Assembly: GCF_009914755.1 (NCBI RefSeq)
Contig: NC_060931.1
Source of the DNA: the human T2T-CHM13v2.0 reference genome, Homo sapiens
Direction: 5' to 3' (one strand)
DNA length: 64,000 nucleotides
Shown: positions 46,697-62,239 of the stretch, in pieces
Layout: each line of letters opens with the position of its first letter
Numbering within the stretch: the first letter of the stretch is position 1
Made by a program: the position numbers and the translations under genes
Notes under the pieces: model-generated
What the model saw: the letters and a program-made list of their open reading frames with translations, nothing else
What the model was told of the DNA's origin: nothing
The model's database searches: none

Positions 46697-48610
46697 TTAG
46701 GAAATTAGGGGTTACCAATGTAGTCGAGGACCACTTTGTGCCTCTCCCCATCCCCATTCCCCTGACTCCCTCTCAAGAGGCAAATGCCTATCCTAAATTG
46801 GTGAGTCCCCACATCCTCTGGTTGAGGCTGGGGGGTACATCTAATTCCCAAGCTTCCTTGCTATGTTATGACTTCCCCTGGGTTTGCTCAGTGAGAGGTA
46901 CAGTTAGGAGCTTGAAGGGCTGGAGAAGGGAAGAGCCAGGCATTTCTCTCTCCCTCTCTCCCTGTCTCTTGACCTTGAGTGGCATCTCCAGTAGAAGCCA
47001 CATTCCTCTGTGGGCTCAGCTTTTTCCCAGGCAGCCTCCACCTTGATTCTATCTCCTACCAGACAAAGCTTCTGGGATGAGGAAGCAGCCCTCTTTCTTT
47101 GTCCTTCTTCCTTAGGAGAGGGGATCTCTTCCTGCTGCTGCTAAACTAGTTGCCTCATCTCCTTTCAATAGCCCAGCTCTTCCATCACGTGTAACTGATC
47201 ACCTATTATAACCAAGTATTTGAATCAAATATCCAATATTTAAAAAACTTAGTGTAGTTTCTTTTCTCCTGGCTGGACCTTTCACTGGTATACTTCCCAA
47301 CCACATTTTTGTATTTTTAGTATATGTGTACACATCCATACACAATGTCATAGACTGGGTGCTTTTAAAATGTATATAAAATGTGTACAATTGATACACA
47401 GGAAGCAATTTCAACCCAGAGCCCAGTGATATCTCTTTAGTGAGCACTTTGTGAAAGTTTTCTTCTTCACGTGACTGTGATTATGATTTGCTTCATAAAA
47501 AGCTTGGGTTTGGGGATAAAATGGTTGGGTTTCTATTATGTGGCTTTTTATTGCTTTGTTTCACTTGTATTTAACCAAACAGAGGTAAATTTAAAAAGTT
47601 AATGTGGAGAAATTCTGTGTTTTAAAAAGCAGCTTCTTAGTTATTCTGTTTTTTATCTTTGTAGAGAAGGAGTCTTGCTCTGTTTCCCAGGCTGGAGTGG
47701 AGTGCAGTGGCATGAGTGTAGTTCACTGCAAACTTTAATTACTGGTGCTCAAATGATCCCCCTGCCACAGCCTCCTGAGTATCTGGGACTACTAATTATG
47801 TCCTGCTAATTATTTTTTGTAGAGACAGGATCTTGCAATGTTGCTATGTTGTCCAGGCTGGTCTCGAACTCCTGGTCTCAATGATCCTCCCACCTCTGCC
47901 TTCCAAAGTGCTGGAATCACAAGCATGGGCCACCTCACACAGCCAGTTATCTGATTATATTTTCAGCATTTATATCTCAAGTAATGAGAACTTTGCAGGC
48001 CTTGGGGTCCTCAATGTCACAACTGTAAGAAATACAGTGAATCCATCCTAAAATTTATTCACAATTTTGTCTCAATTGTTCAGAAATAAAGCCACCATCA
48101 TCATCAACTAAACCAAAGCTGCCATTAAGGGGAGAGAATCTAAGATATACACTACAGGTGTGTGTTAAATAACTCTTATGATAATGTAGGGAATTTGCCT
48201 TATGAAGAGAAAAGAAGGGGAATAACCACAGAGGGGAAGATGGTAAGTAAGGTCAGTGTGGAAAAGGAAGGGAGCTTGTCCTGGGAAGTAGGGAGGCAAG
48301 GAGTGAAGCTCTTGTGTTTCAAGTATTCTCTCTACTCATTGTCTAAGAGAGGGCTGGAAAAATGGGTTGCAACTAGCATGGAGATTCTGGAATCACTGTG
48401 ACCATCCTGCCGGGCTCAGGTAGTTCAGAGGGCTAGACTTGCCCTCTTGTATTTAAGTGAGATCTGGCAAATGCTGGGCAGATGATGCCAAACTATAACT
48501 GGGACCTAAAGGGATTTGGATCTCCCAGCCAGACCCCTTAATGCCTGACTGTCCAGGGCTGCTCCAGTCATTTCAACAACCTTGCAACAACTCTGCACTT
48601 TACATGATTA

Positions 48611-48736
<126 letters not shown>

Positions 48737-50359
48737 CTATATGAAATATTAAATTAACAAATTTGCATTATTGTGAGATTTAACTACTTATTGCATTATT
48801 GTGAGATTTAACTGTACATTAGAGTTTAAAATGTACAGATGAGAGAGGCTTCTGTAGAAAATAGTTTTCAGTAAAATTTGAAAGACCCTGAAGAGTGAAG
48901 ATTGTTGGAAATAACCTTTTTTTTTTTTTTTTGCTTTAATGCGTGTGCATGACTATAGACATGTAAATTCTGAACATAAAAATATGCAAAAATTAACCAG
49001 CAGTGGTGGCTCACATCTATAATCCCAGCACTTTGGGAGGCCGAGGAGGGTGGATCACTTGAGGTCAGGAGTTTGAGACCAGCCTGGCCAACATGGTGAA
49101 ACCCTGCCTCTAATAAAAATACAAAAATTAGCTGGGTGTGGTGGCACATGCCTCAGGAGGCTGAGGCATGAAAATCGCTTTATCCCAGGAGGCAGAGGTT
49201 GCAGTGAGCCGGGATTGTGCCATTGCACTCCTGCCTGGGCGACAGAGTGGGACTCCGTCTCAAAACAAAAACAAAAACAAAAACAAACAAACTAATAGGA
49301 GATAAACAAACTTGAACAAAACCATTTGGCAATTTTCATATAATCAAAAGAGCTTATTCATATCAATAAGAAAATTCTAAGATGCCAAAAAGAAAGTTGG
49401 TACATAAAAATTGACCAGTACATGACATGAAAAATTGTACTGACTAGTAATAAGAATGCAAATTAAAATAAGTTTTTTTCACTGTCAAACCAACAAAACT
49501 TAGAAATAAAAGGAAAATATATCTAGAAAGATATGAATATTAACAGGGTTTTTTTCTATATTGTATGGCAACAGGTTTTTTTTGTTATTCTTTTACATAA
49601 TTTTCAAAATTTCCACAATACGAAATGCACTTTTACAATCAAGAGAGGCATTAAGGATTTAGAAAATAGCAGAGATTTAGCTTAATTAGTTATTTTATAC
49701 ATCCACTGGGAAAACCAAATGGAAGAGACACTTTTACTTGAAACTATTCTCATTTAACAAGCCTTTCAATTTTAGAAAATACATATTCTGAATGTACAAT
49801 GCAGTGGAATTTGATTACATTTAATTTAAAACTCTACCTATTTCATTTGTTTTTCCTCATTTGTTGTCAGCATTTTCCCAGAAATTTCATGAAAGTTTTG
49901 CACCCTTAAAATCTTATAGTGTTGCCTTCCAGCACTTTTGTTGGTTGAAAAATATCAACCCCCAGATAAGTAAGGGAGAGTTGGTGGAGACCACGGGTAC
50001 CTTGAACTTTACTAAAAAAATTACACAAGAGAGGTGCTTGTGCCCCAGGGCTTTTGCCCTTGCTATTCTCATTGCCTGGGATCTTCTGCCCTCTGATATT
50101 AGAATAATTCTCTGACTTGTATTTTTAATTTCTTTGCTGATTTATCATCTTCTCAGGGAGGCCTTTCTTCATCACCCTATTTAAAATTAACCCATCTCCT
50201 CTGATACTTCCTCTTGCCCTTCTGTGTTTTCTTCTTCTCTTTAGCATTTATCAATATGTTATGTATTTTAAATATTTACTGTTTGCTTGCTTACCCTGTT
50301 TCTACCCACTGGAATGTAAGCTCTATGGGAGAAGGGATTCTCAATAATATCTGTTGAAT

Positions 50360-50690
50360 AAATGGACAGATGCAATGGATGGAACAATGGATGGATGAAT
50401 GGATGGATGGAGGGAGGGTGGCATAGATGGATGGATGGAAACATGAAGGAAGGATGGAAGGATGGATGAAAGGAAGGATGGATGGAAGGATGAATGGAAG
50501 GAAGGATGGGTAGAAGGATAGAGGGATTGGGGATGGATGGATGAAATGATGGATGGATAGAAGGGTGGTTGGAAGGATGGATAGATGGAGGGAGGGAGGC
50601 ATGGATAAATGGATGGAAGCAGGGAAGGAAGGATGGATGGATGGATGGATGGATGGATGGATGGAAGGATAGTTGGAAGGATGGATGGGA
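50360..50690. repeat. (GGAT/GGAA)n microsatellite
   Basis: Direct reading. Confidence 0.95.
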
Positions 50691-53132
50691 AGTGTTTTTA
50701 CTCCAATTTTACTTTTTAACTCCAATTTCAGATTTTAAAAAAAACTGAAGCTAGATTTCTTAATTGTTACAACCCATAATGCCTACTCACATAATCTGAA
50801 GTAATTTCATGAACTCTACGGCTAGTCATAAATTGCAAAGACTGTATAACATCCTTGAACTGGAACTGAGATAATCATTTTGGAGTCAGGGATGATATGT
50901 GGAGAATGTCAATCTTTAATTCATGATTGAAGTTTTACTTCTGCTCTCATTGAAGTCTAATAGTGAGAGGTAAAATAGGAATTGAGGCACCACTAATATT
51001 CTCTCCTTTCAATTCTGTTTGTTCTACTCCATGGTAGAAAATGGTGCATTGCTCTTATTAGCAATTCCTTCCTAAGTGTGAGTTGAATATGGCTTGCATA
51101 TAGTCCCAGGATCTGCTTTCTACTAGGACACAGCATTCAGAAGTCCTGAGAAGCAGTGAGCAGAGAACAGCCATGGTACTGTTATCCATGAACCAAGGGA
51201 TGCTGACAGCTCAAGTGAAAAGCAGGGGTAAAGGCAGCCTATATGTCAGACTCCTGGGGTATAGTTAAAGGCTGTCTTGATTGGAAAAAAAACTATACCC
51301 TAGTGCTTCAACCTTGGGATAATCGTGAAGACTAAAAAAAGATAATGGTTCCTCTATATTTACTGATAAGCAGAATTCACAACCTTGCTTTCTTCCTATA
51401 AATAGCAATATTCTCATTATTCTAGTTTTTATTTCTCCATTAGTGTCTGTATTAGTTTTCCTGGTGAGAGACAGGACTAGCTGGATTTCCTAGGCTGACT
51501 AAGAATTCCTAAGCCTAGCCGGGGAAGGTGATTGCACCCACCTTTAAACACTGGGCTTGTAACTCAGCTCACACCCAACAAATCAGGTAGTAAAGAGGGC
51601 TCACTAAAATACAAATTAGGCTAAAAGCAGGAGGTAAAGAAATAGTCAAATCATATATCACCTGAGACCACAGTGGGAGGGACAATGATCGGGGTATAAA
51701 CCCAGGCATTTGAGCAGGGAGTGGCAACCCACTTTGGGTCCCCTCCCATTGTATGGGAGCTCTGTTTTCACTCTATTAAATCTTGCAACTGCACACTCTT
51801 CTGGTCCATGTTTGTTCTGGCTCAAGCTGAGCTTTCGCTCACCGTCCACTGCTGAATGCCACTGTTGCAGACCCTCCATTGACTTCCACCTCTCTGGATC
51901 AGGCAGGGTGTCTGCTGCATTTCTGATCCAGTGAGGCGCCCATTGCCACTCCCATTTGGGCTAGAGCTCACCATTGTTCCTGCGTGGCTAAGTGCCCAGG
52001 TTTGTCCTAATCGAGCTGAACACCAGTCGCTGGGTTCCATGACTCTCTTCCATGACCCACGGCTTCTAATAGAGCTATAACACTCACCACATGGCCAAAG
52101 GTTCCACTCCTTGGAATCTGTGAGGCCAAGAATCCCAGGTCAGAGAACAAAAGGCTTGCTGCCATCTTGAGAGTGGCTGCCACCATCTTGGGAGTGGCTG
52201 CCACCATCTTGGGAGTTCTAAGAACAAAGACCCACCCGTAACATTTGGTGGCCTGTACAGGGATTCTCTAAAGCAGTGAATAATATTGGGCCACTTTCGC
52301 TCGCTCTTCTGTCCTATCCTTCCTTAGAATTGGAGGAAAATACCTGGCACCTGTCGGCCGGTTAAAAATGATTAGCATGGCTGCTGGACTAAAGACTCAG
52401 GTGTGAGGCTTCCTGGGAAAAGGCTTGCTAACAGCTCCCAACCCTTCTGGGTTGGGAGCATTGGTCTGCCTGGAACCAGCTTCCACTTTCACAATTTTCC
52501 TGGGGAAGCCAAGGGTCGACTAGAGGCAGAAAGCTGTCGTCCTGAACTCCCGGCATTGGCTGGTCAAGATCATGGCACAGTCAAAAGTCTCTACTCAAAA
52601 GTCATCCATGTGTGTGCCCCTACCTCTCCTTCTGACCCATACCTCCTGGGTCCCAACCATGACTTTCTTGAAAGCGTAGCCCCAAAATTCTCCTTACCTC
52701 TGAATCTACTTCCTCCGATCCCTGCCTCCTAGGTACTAATGCTTCAGACTTTCACTTCCTGTCCCAAGTATTAGAGCAAGTTGTATCTCCAAAGGGATCT
52801 AAGGAAGTTCTATGCTGCAACCTTAGGCATCTAGGCTATGAATCCAGGGAGTCTTGTCCCTGGTGTCCCTCCCAATTTAGGCATACAGGTCTTGACATGG
52901 GCAGTTATGTGTGACCCATTCCCCACCACCCTTGCTGGGGCCTTAGAACTCATAACCCAGTACTTTAACAACTGGAACTGGGTCTACAACAACATAATAG
53001 ATCAGAATGAAAACAAATTGAGTAAATGACAGGGAGGCACATATTCCTATAGTGGCAAATGCGGGCAATAAGCAAACATCCTTCCACTGTGTTTCCAAAA
53101 TCCATCTACAAAGACAGAGAAGAGAGAGACAG

Positions 53133-53175
<43 letters not shown>

Positions 53176-54270
53176 TGGGGGGGAAGAAGCAGAGAGAGAG
53201 GGGGAAAGAAGCAGACAGACAAAGAGGGAGTCAAAGACAGAAAGAAAGAGAACAATAGAAGTAGTAAAGAAAAAAACCGTGTACGCTATTCCTTTAAAAG
53301 CCTGGGTAAATTTAAAATGTATAATTGATAATTGAAGGTCTTCTCCGTGACCCTATAACACACTGCAATACCACCTAATTTTCAGTGCAAACAAGGGCAT
53401 AGCCTGAAAACACTGAGACCACTGACAACCCATAATGTTCCTATCAAAAATCCTTAACCCAGTAACCCGCGGATGGCCCAAATGCATTCAGTTGGTAGCA
53501 GCAACTGCTTTGCTAAAAGTAGAAAAATAACCTTTAGAGGAAACCTCATTGTGAGCACACCTCACCAGTTCAGAGCTATCCTAAGTCAAAAAAAGCAAAA
53601 AGGTAGCTTACTAACTCAAAAATCTTAAAGTATGGGGCTATTCTGTTAGAAGAAGGTGATTTAACATTAACCACTGAAAATTCCCTTAACCAAGTAGGTT
53701 TCCTAACAGGGGATTTAAATTTTAATTACCATACAAAGGTCCAATGAGACCTAGGAGGAACTCCCTTCAGGATAGGATGATAGATGGTTCCCCCTGGGTG
53801 ATTGAGAAAAAAATCACAATGGGTATTCAGTAAATTATAGGGAGACTCTTGTGGAAGCAGAGTTAGGATAATTGCCCTATAACTGGTCTGCTCAGCCGTG
53901 CGAGCTGTTTGCATTCAGCCAAGCCTTAAAGTACTTACAGAATCAAAACTCTATCTCAATCCTGACTCAAAAGGTTACTACACCCTGTCTGAAATGAATT
54001 TGCATAAGAACAGTTGTTTATGGGAATGCATCTGATGGGGCAGCTGGGTTGTTATGAAATACTCAGGAACCCAGCCCAGCTCTAGGACTCACCCCTGAGC
54101 ACAAAGGCAATATTGGGCATGCTGGTAAAGGACTACTAGAATCCAGCAGCCTGGACCCCTTTCTTTGTAAGGTCAAGAAAGGTGGGAAAACAGGTGCAGG
54201 ACTGCCTCATTGGTGAGCGTAACTAATCCAATAAGCAGAGGTCCATGGGTGGTTACGCACCCTGAAAAGG

Positions 54271-54778
54271 TGCTGAGACCAGCTCGGTCATGGAGACTCT
54301 AACCCAGCAGCACTAGAGGAATTAAAGACACACACACAGAAATATAGAGTGTGGAGTGGGAAATCAGGGGTCTCACAGCCTTCAGAGCTGAGAGCCTCAA
54401 ACAGAGATTTACCCACATATTTATTGACAGCCAGCCAGAGATAAGCATTGTTTCCATAGTTTATAGAATAACTAAAAGTATTCCTTACGGGAAACAAAGG
54501 GATGGGCCAAAATAAAGGGATGGGCTCTGGCTAGTTATCTACAGCAGGAACATGTCCTAAGGCACAGATCGCTCATGCTGTTGTTTGTGGTTTAAGAACA
54601 CCTTACGTGGTTTTCTGCCCCGGGCGGGCCAGGTGTTCTTTACCCTCATTCCGGTAAACCCACAGCCTTCAGTGTGGGCACCATGGCCATCATAAACATG
54701 TCACAGTACTGCAGAGATTTTGTTTATGGCCAGTTTTGGGGCCAGTTTATAGCCAGATTTGGGGGCCTCTTCCCAACA
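54271..54778 (-). mobile_element. MER9 solo LTR (HERV-K9/HML-3) nested in HERV-W
   Basis: Reverse complement starts TGTTGGGAAGAGGCCCCCAAATCTGGCTATAAACTGGCCCCAAAACTGG; 6-bp TSD AAAAGG/GAAAGG. Confidence 0.88.
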
Positions 54779-56276
54779 GAAAGGAATAAGCATTAGGACC
54801 ATAGAGGATGCTCTAGGACTAATGCTCATTGGAAAATGACTAGGGGTGCTGGCATCCCTACGTTCTTTTTTCAGAAATGTTCCCCGCAAGGCAAAAATGC
54901 CCCTAAGATGTATTCTGGATGATTTGGCCTAGTCAGAGTGTATGTACTTTTTTCCCTCTCAGACTTGAAGCAAATTAAAATAGACCTAGGTAAATTCTCA
55001 GATAACCCTGATGGCTATATTGATGTCTTACAAGGGTTAGGACAATCCTTTGATCTCACATGGAGAGATATAATGTTACTGCTAGATCAGACACTAACCC
55101 CAAACGAGAGAAGTGCCGCCATAACTGCAGCACAAGAGTTTGGCAATCTCTGGTTTCTCAGTCAGGTCAATGATAGGATGACAACAGAGGAAAGAGAACA
55201 ATTCCCCACAGGCCACCAGGCAGTTCCCAGTGTAGACCCTCATTGGGACGCAGAATAAGAACATGGAGAATGTTGCCACAGACATTTGCTAACTTGCGTG
55301 CTAGAAGGATTAAGGAAAACTAGGAAGAGGCCTGTGAATTATTCAATGATGTCCACTATAACACAGGAAAAGGAAGAAAATCCTACTGCCTTTCTGGAGA
55401 GACTATCGGAGGCACTGAGGAAGCATACCTCTCTGTCACCTGACTCTATTGAAGGCCAACTAATCTTAAAGGATAAGTTTATCACTCAGTCAGCTGCAGA
55501 CATTAGAAAAGACTTCAAAAGTCTGCCTTAGGCCCAGAGCAAAACTAAGAAACCCTATTGAACTTGGCAACCTTGGTTTTTTATAATAGAGATCAGGAGG
55601 AGCAGGCAGAACTGGACAAACAGGATAAGAAAAAGGCCACCACTTTAGTCATGGCCCTCAGGCAAGCAGACCTTGGAGGCTCTGGAACAGGGAAAGCCTG
55701 GGCAAATTGAATGCTTAATAGGGCTTGCTTCCAGTGAGGCTTACAATTACACTTTAAATAAGATTATCTGAATAGAAATAAGCCACCCCCTTGTCCATGT
55801 CTGAATAGAAATAAGCCACCCCCTTGTCCATGCCCCTTATATCTAGGGAGTCACTGGAAGGCTCACTGCCCCAGGGGATGAAGATCCTCTGAGTCAGAAG
55901 CCACTAACCAGATGATCCAGCAGCAGGACTGAGGGTGGCTGGGTCAAGTGCCAGCCCATGACATCACTCTCATAGAGACCCGGGTATGCTTGATCATTGA
56001 AGGCCAGGAGGTTAACTGTCCCCTGGACACTGGCACAGCCTTCTCAGTCTTACTCTTCTGTCCTGGACAACTGTCCTCCAGTTCTGTCACTGTCCGAGGG
56101 GTCCTAGGACAGGCAGTCACTAGATACTTCTCCCAGCCACTAGGCTGTGACTGGGGAACTTTACTCTTTTCACATGGCTTTCTAATTATGCCTGAAAGCC
56201 CCATTCCTTTGTTAGGGAGAGACATCCTAGCAAAAGTAGGGGCCATTATACACTAGAATTAGGAGAAGAAAAAAGG

Positions 56277-57377
56277 GTGAACATATATACAGACTCTGAG
56301 TATGCTTACCTAGTCCTCCATGCCCACGCAGTAATATGGAGAGAAAGGGAATTCCTAACTTCCAAGAGAACACCTATCAAACATCAGGAAGCCATTAGGA
56401 GATTATTATTGGCTGTACAGAAACCTAAAGAGGTGGCAGTCTTTCACTGCTGGGGTCATCAGAAAGGAAAGGAAAGGGAAACAGAAGGGAACTGCCAAGT
56501 GGATATTGAAGCCAAAAGAGCTGCAAGGTGGGACCCTCCATTAGAAATGCTTATAGAAGGACCCCTAGTATGGGGTAATCCCCTCCAGGAAACCAAGCCC
56601 CAGTACTCAGCAGAAGAAATAGAAGGGGGAACCTCACAAGGACATAGTTTCCTCCCCTCAGGATGTCTAGACACTGAAGAAGGAAAAATACTTTTGCCTG
56701 CAGCTAACCAATGTGAATTACTTAAAACCCTTCACCAGACCTTTCACTTAGGCATTGATAGCACCCATCAGATGGCCATATCATTATTTACTGGACCAGG
56801 CCTTTTCAAAACTATCAAGCAGATAGTCAGGGCCTGTGAAATGTGCCAAAGAAAGAATCCCCTGCCTTATCGCCAAGCTCCTTCAGGAGAACAAAGAACA
56901 GGCCATTACCCAGGAGAAGACTGGCAACTAAGTTTTACCCACATGCCCAAATCTCAGAGATTTCAGTATCTACTAGTCTGGGTAGATTCTTTCACTGGTT
57001 GGGCAGACGCCTTCCCTTGTAGGACAGAAAAGTCCCAAGAGGTAATAAAGGCACTAATTCATGAAATAATTCCTAGATTTGGACTTCCCCGAGGCTTACA
57101 GAGTGACAATGGCCCTGCTTTCAAGGCTGCAGTAACCCAGGGACTACCCCAGGTGTTAGGCATACAATATCACTTACACTGCCCCTGGAGGCCACAATCC
57201 TCAGGAAAAGTCAAGAAAATGAACGAAACACTCAAACAACATCTAAAAAAGCTAACCCAAGAAACCCACCTTGCATGGCCTGCTCTGTTGCCTATAGCGT
57301 TACTAAGAATCCTAAACTCTCCCCAAAAAGTGGGACTTAGCCATATGAGATGCTGTATGGACCTTCCTAACCAATGA
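56277..57377 (+). pseudogene. HERV-W RNase H-integrase ORF remnant (366 codons)
   Basis: NIYTDS, HHCC, SDNGPAF motifs; first integrase Asp replaced (WQLSFTH); GTG start; RT absent. Confidence 0.85.
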
Positions 57378-59090
57378 CCTTGTGCTCGACTGAGAGATGG
57401 CCAACTTAGTTGCAGGCATCACCTCCTTAGACAAATATCAACAAGTTCTTAAAACATTACAAGGAGCCTGTCCCTGAGAGGAGGGAAAGGAACTATTCCA
57501 CCCTGGTGACATGGTATTAGTCAAGTCCCTTCCTGCTAATTCCCTGTCCCTAGACACATCCTGGGAAGGACCCTACCCGTCATTTTACGTACCTCAACCA
57601 TGGTTAAAGTGGCTGGAGTGGAGTCTTGGATACATCACACTTGAGTCAAACTCTGGATACTGCCAAAAGAACCCGAAAATCCAGGAGACAACACTAGCTA
57701 TTCCTGTGAACCTCTAGAGGATCTGTGCCTGCTCTTCAAGTGACAACTGTGAGGAAAGTAACTGAATCATAGATCCCCATGGCCCTCCCTTTTCATATTT
57801 TTCTCTTTACTGTTCTCTTATCCCCTTTTACTCTCACTGCACCTCCTCCATGCCACTGTACTACCAGTAGCTCCCCTCACCAAGAGCTTCTGTGGAGAAT
57901 GTGGCTTCCTGGAAATATCAATGCCCCATAGTATAGGAGTTTTTCTAAAGGAAACCCCACTTTCACGGCCGACACCCATATGCCCCTGCACTTCAGGCCT
58001 ACATTTCAATCCCTGTACCTTTAACCTCCTTGTTAAGTTTGTCTCTTCCAGAATCAAAGCTGTAAAACTACAAATGGTTCTTCAAATGGAGCACCAGATG
58101 CAGTGCATGACTAAGATCTACCGTGGACCCCTGGACTGGCCAGCTAGCCCATGCTCCGATGTTAATGACATTGAAGGCACCCCTCCCGAGGAAATCTCAA
58201 CTGCACAACCCCTGCTACACCCCAATTCAGCAGGAAGCAGTTAGAGCAGTCGTCAGCCAACCTCCCCAACAGCACTTGGGTTTTCCTGTTGAGAGTGGGG
58301 ACTGAGAGACAGGACTAGCTGGATTTTCTAGGCCGACTAAGAATTCCTAAGCCTAGCTGGGGAAGGTGATTGCACCCACCTTTAAACACTGGGCTTGTAA
58401 CTCAGCTCACACCCAACAAATCAGGTAGTAAAAAGGGCTCACTAAAATACAAATTAGGCTAAAAGCAGGAGATAAAGAAATAGTCAAATCATATATCACC
58501 TGAGACCACAGTGGGAGGGACAATGATCAGGGTATAAACCCAGGCATTCGAGCAGGGAGTGGCAACCCGCTTTGGGTCCCCTCCCATTGTATGGGAGCTC
58601 TGTTTTCACTCTATTAAATCTTGTAACTGCACACTCTTCTGGTCCATGTTTGTTCTGGCTCAAGCTGAGCTTTTGCTCACTGTCCACCACTGCTGAATGC
58701 CACTGTCGCAGACCCTCCATTGACTTCCACCTCTCTGGGTCCAGCAGGGGGTCTGCTGCATTTCTGATCCAGTGAGGCACCCATTGCCACTCCCATTCGG
58801 GCTACAGGCTCGCCATTGTTCCTGTGTGGCTAAGTGTCTGGGTTCATCCTAATCAAGCCTAATACTAGTCACTGGGTTCCATGGTTCTCTTCCATGACCC
58901 ACGGCTTCTAATAGAGCTATAACACTCACCACATGGCCCAAAGTTCCATTCCTTGGAATCTGTGAGACCAAGAACCCCGGTCAGAGAACAAAAGGCTTGC
59001 TGCCATCTTGAGAGTGGCTGCCACCATCTTGGGAGCGGCCTACCACCATCTTGGGAGCTCTAGGAACAAAGACCCACCCCATAACACTAG

Positions 59091-59485
59091 TGTGGCTGTA
59101 GCAAATTACCACAATCTTAAAACACCAGAAATTTATTCCTGCATAATTCTGGAGGCCAGTAATCCAAAATTTACGTGTCATCAGGGCTATACTCCCTCCG
59201 AAGTGTCCAGGAAAGAATCCTTCTTGCCTCTTCCTAGCATCTGGTGGTTGCTGGCAATTCTTGGGGTTCCTTGGCTTGTAGCTGCCTCCCTCTGATTTCT
59301 GCCTCTGCCTTCACATGACCTTCTTATGAGGACACAAGTCATTGGATTTATGATCCACCTTAATTCAGAATGCCCTCATCTTAATTTAACTAACTCCATC
59401 TTCAAAGACTCTATATTCAAATAAGGTCACAATCTGAGGTTCTGAGTGGACATGGACTTTGGGGGGACATGATTCCACCCAGTAT
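59091..59485 (-). mobile_element. MLT1 MaLR LTR interrupted by HERV-W (other end at 51448-51464)
   Basis: tgtattagttttcctgg + tgtggctgtagcaaattaccaca...cagaaatttatt...ttctggaggccag reconstitutes the MLT1 terminus. Confidence 0.75.
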
Positions 59486-59546
59486 AGGGTCTGACACATT
59501 GTCCTGCTTGTAGTTGAATGCTCAATACTTATGAGTATATACTTAG

Positions 59547-59930
<384 letters not shown>

Positions 59931-60693
59931 TAGCTAAAACAGCATCTCTTGATATAATCTGATTCATATTTAGCCACTGCTCTTCTCAGTAGCCTGTTTG
60001 TTTCTGTACATATTCATTCTCCAGTCTCCCTGGATTCTCATTGTTTTATCAAAAGCAAAGCATTCTCAGTTGTGTCTGAGAGTGTTGGCAGCTTCCCCAG
60101 CACCATGACTTTGCATTTGTGCTCTCTGACATGGAAATTTGGACTCAAGCAGTTTAGTCCCACAATTGACATTTACTGACCTTGTGGAAGAAACAAATTG
60201 CCTGATCTGACTGGAGGGATTAACTGGGCCTTTATCTATCTGGCCTAAGGGCATTTTGCTCGTTAAAGCCAGGCTGAGTGGAGGCCCTGATAGTGATAGC
60301 CAGCCATTCTCTATCACAAAGAAAATGTAGGCAGAGTTCTAAGACAACCTCCAATGACCCTTGCGTAATCTTGTTCTATGTAACCTCCTTCCTTGAAGAA
60401 TAGGTGGAACCTGTGATGAACATGATCACACTGGTGTGATTATTACGTTGTATGGTAAATAAATTTTTTTAAATGTAATTAATGTTTCAGATCAATTGAT
60501 GTTAAGATGGGGAGATCATTGGGGTAGGCCTGACTTAATCACATGAGCCCTTCATTATGTTACCTCTGTTTATTGGACACCCCATATTCTGAAAATGACA
60601 TCGAAGAAATGAAAAGATAGGAGAAACCATAGTTTATTTTCCTTTCAGTACATCCTTACCAACCAGTAAGCCAAAAATAAAGTATATTAGTAG

Positions 60694-61217
<524 letters not shown>

Positions 61218-61432
61218 CTAAAAACTTAAAAACTTAACATTTTAATTTTTCTATACTTAAAATGCATTAAATAACAAACAAAAAAAGCCACTAAGACAAC
61301 TTGAGAAAGAAACTGTGGGAAAAGGGAAAAAGATTTATATTTTAGCACTTTTTTCTCCAGTGAAAAATGATATGATTTGATCCAGTAAAATGTTTTAAAA
61401 ACTGTAATATACGATAATACAAGCAACCCTTG

Positions 61433-61796
61433 TGTATTAGTCTGTTCTCACTTTGCTATGAAGATACTTCCTGAGACTGGGTAATTTATAAAAGAAAGAG
61501 GTTTAATTGACTCAGTTCTGCATGGTTGGGGAGGCCTCAGGAAACTTACAATCATGGCGGAAGGTAAAGGGGAAGCAGGCACCTTTTTCACAAGACAGCA
61601 GGAGAGCGAAACAGCACCGGGGAAACTTGCCACTTTTAAACCATCAGATTTTCAAGAACTTCCTGACTAGCATGAGAACAGCATGGGGGAAACCGCCTCC
61701 ATGATCCAGTCACCTCCAACCAGGTCCCTCCCTCGACACATGGGGATTACAGTTAGAGATGAGATTTGGGTGGGGACACAGAGCCAAACTGTATCA
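61433..61796 (-). mobile_element. THE1/MST MaLR solo LTR
   Basis: tgtattagtctgttctca...gagatttgggtggggacacagagccaaactgtatca; 5-bp TSD CCTTG. Confidence 0.88.
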
Positions 61797-62096
61797 CCTT
61801 GCTAATACATTTTCCCCCATGTCTCAGTTGAACTCAGGTGAAAGTTCAAGATTTTTAGGTACTGTTATTGAAAGTAAATTTTTTTCTAAGTACCAAATAT
61901 AAACTTCACTGTAGAATATATAGGAAAACAGAAAAGCTCAAAAAAAGAAATTAAAATAATCAGTAATCCCAGCACTCATAAATCACCATTTTTAATATAT
62001 TGGTATGTTTCCTTCATTCTCGGTCTATCCTGAGATATGCCTTCTTTACACGAATGCTATATTTTGTAATGTGCCTTTTTTTTTTTTTTGAGATAG

Positions 62097-62195
<99 letters not shown>

Positions 62196-62239
62196 TGAGT
62201 AGCCGGGACTATAGATACATGCCACCATGCCCAGCTATT

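Larger units (their letters stand above)
51465..59086 (+). mobile_element. HERV-W (HERV17/LTR17) provirus, defective, with pol and env deletions
   Basis: LTRs 51465-52243 and 58303-59086; TSD CTGG/CTAG; AG-rich pre-gag; gag ~54880-55932; pro 55948-56256; RT deleted; RNase H-IN 56277-57750; env ATG at 57779 (MALPFHIFLFTVLL, syncytin-like) joined to the env tail ending at 58244. Confidence 0.92.

Noticed and set aside
56277-57377. 366-aa RNase H-integrase ORF as a domesticated gene
   Set aside because: GTG start, first catalytic Asp lost, C-terminus frameshifted; expected residue of a decaying provirus
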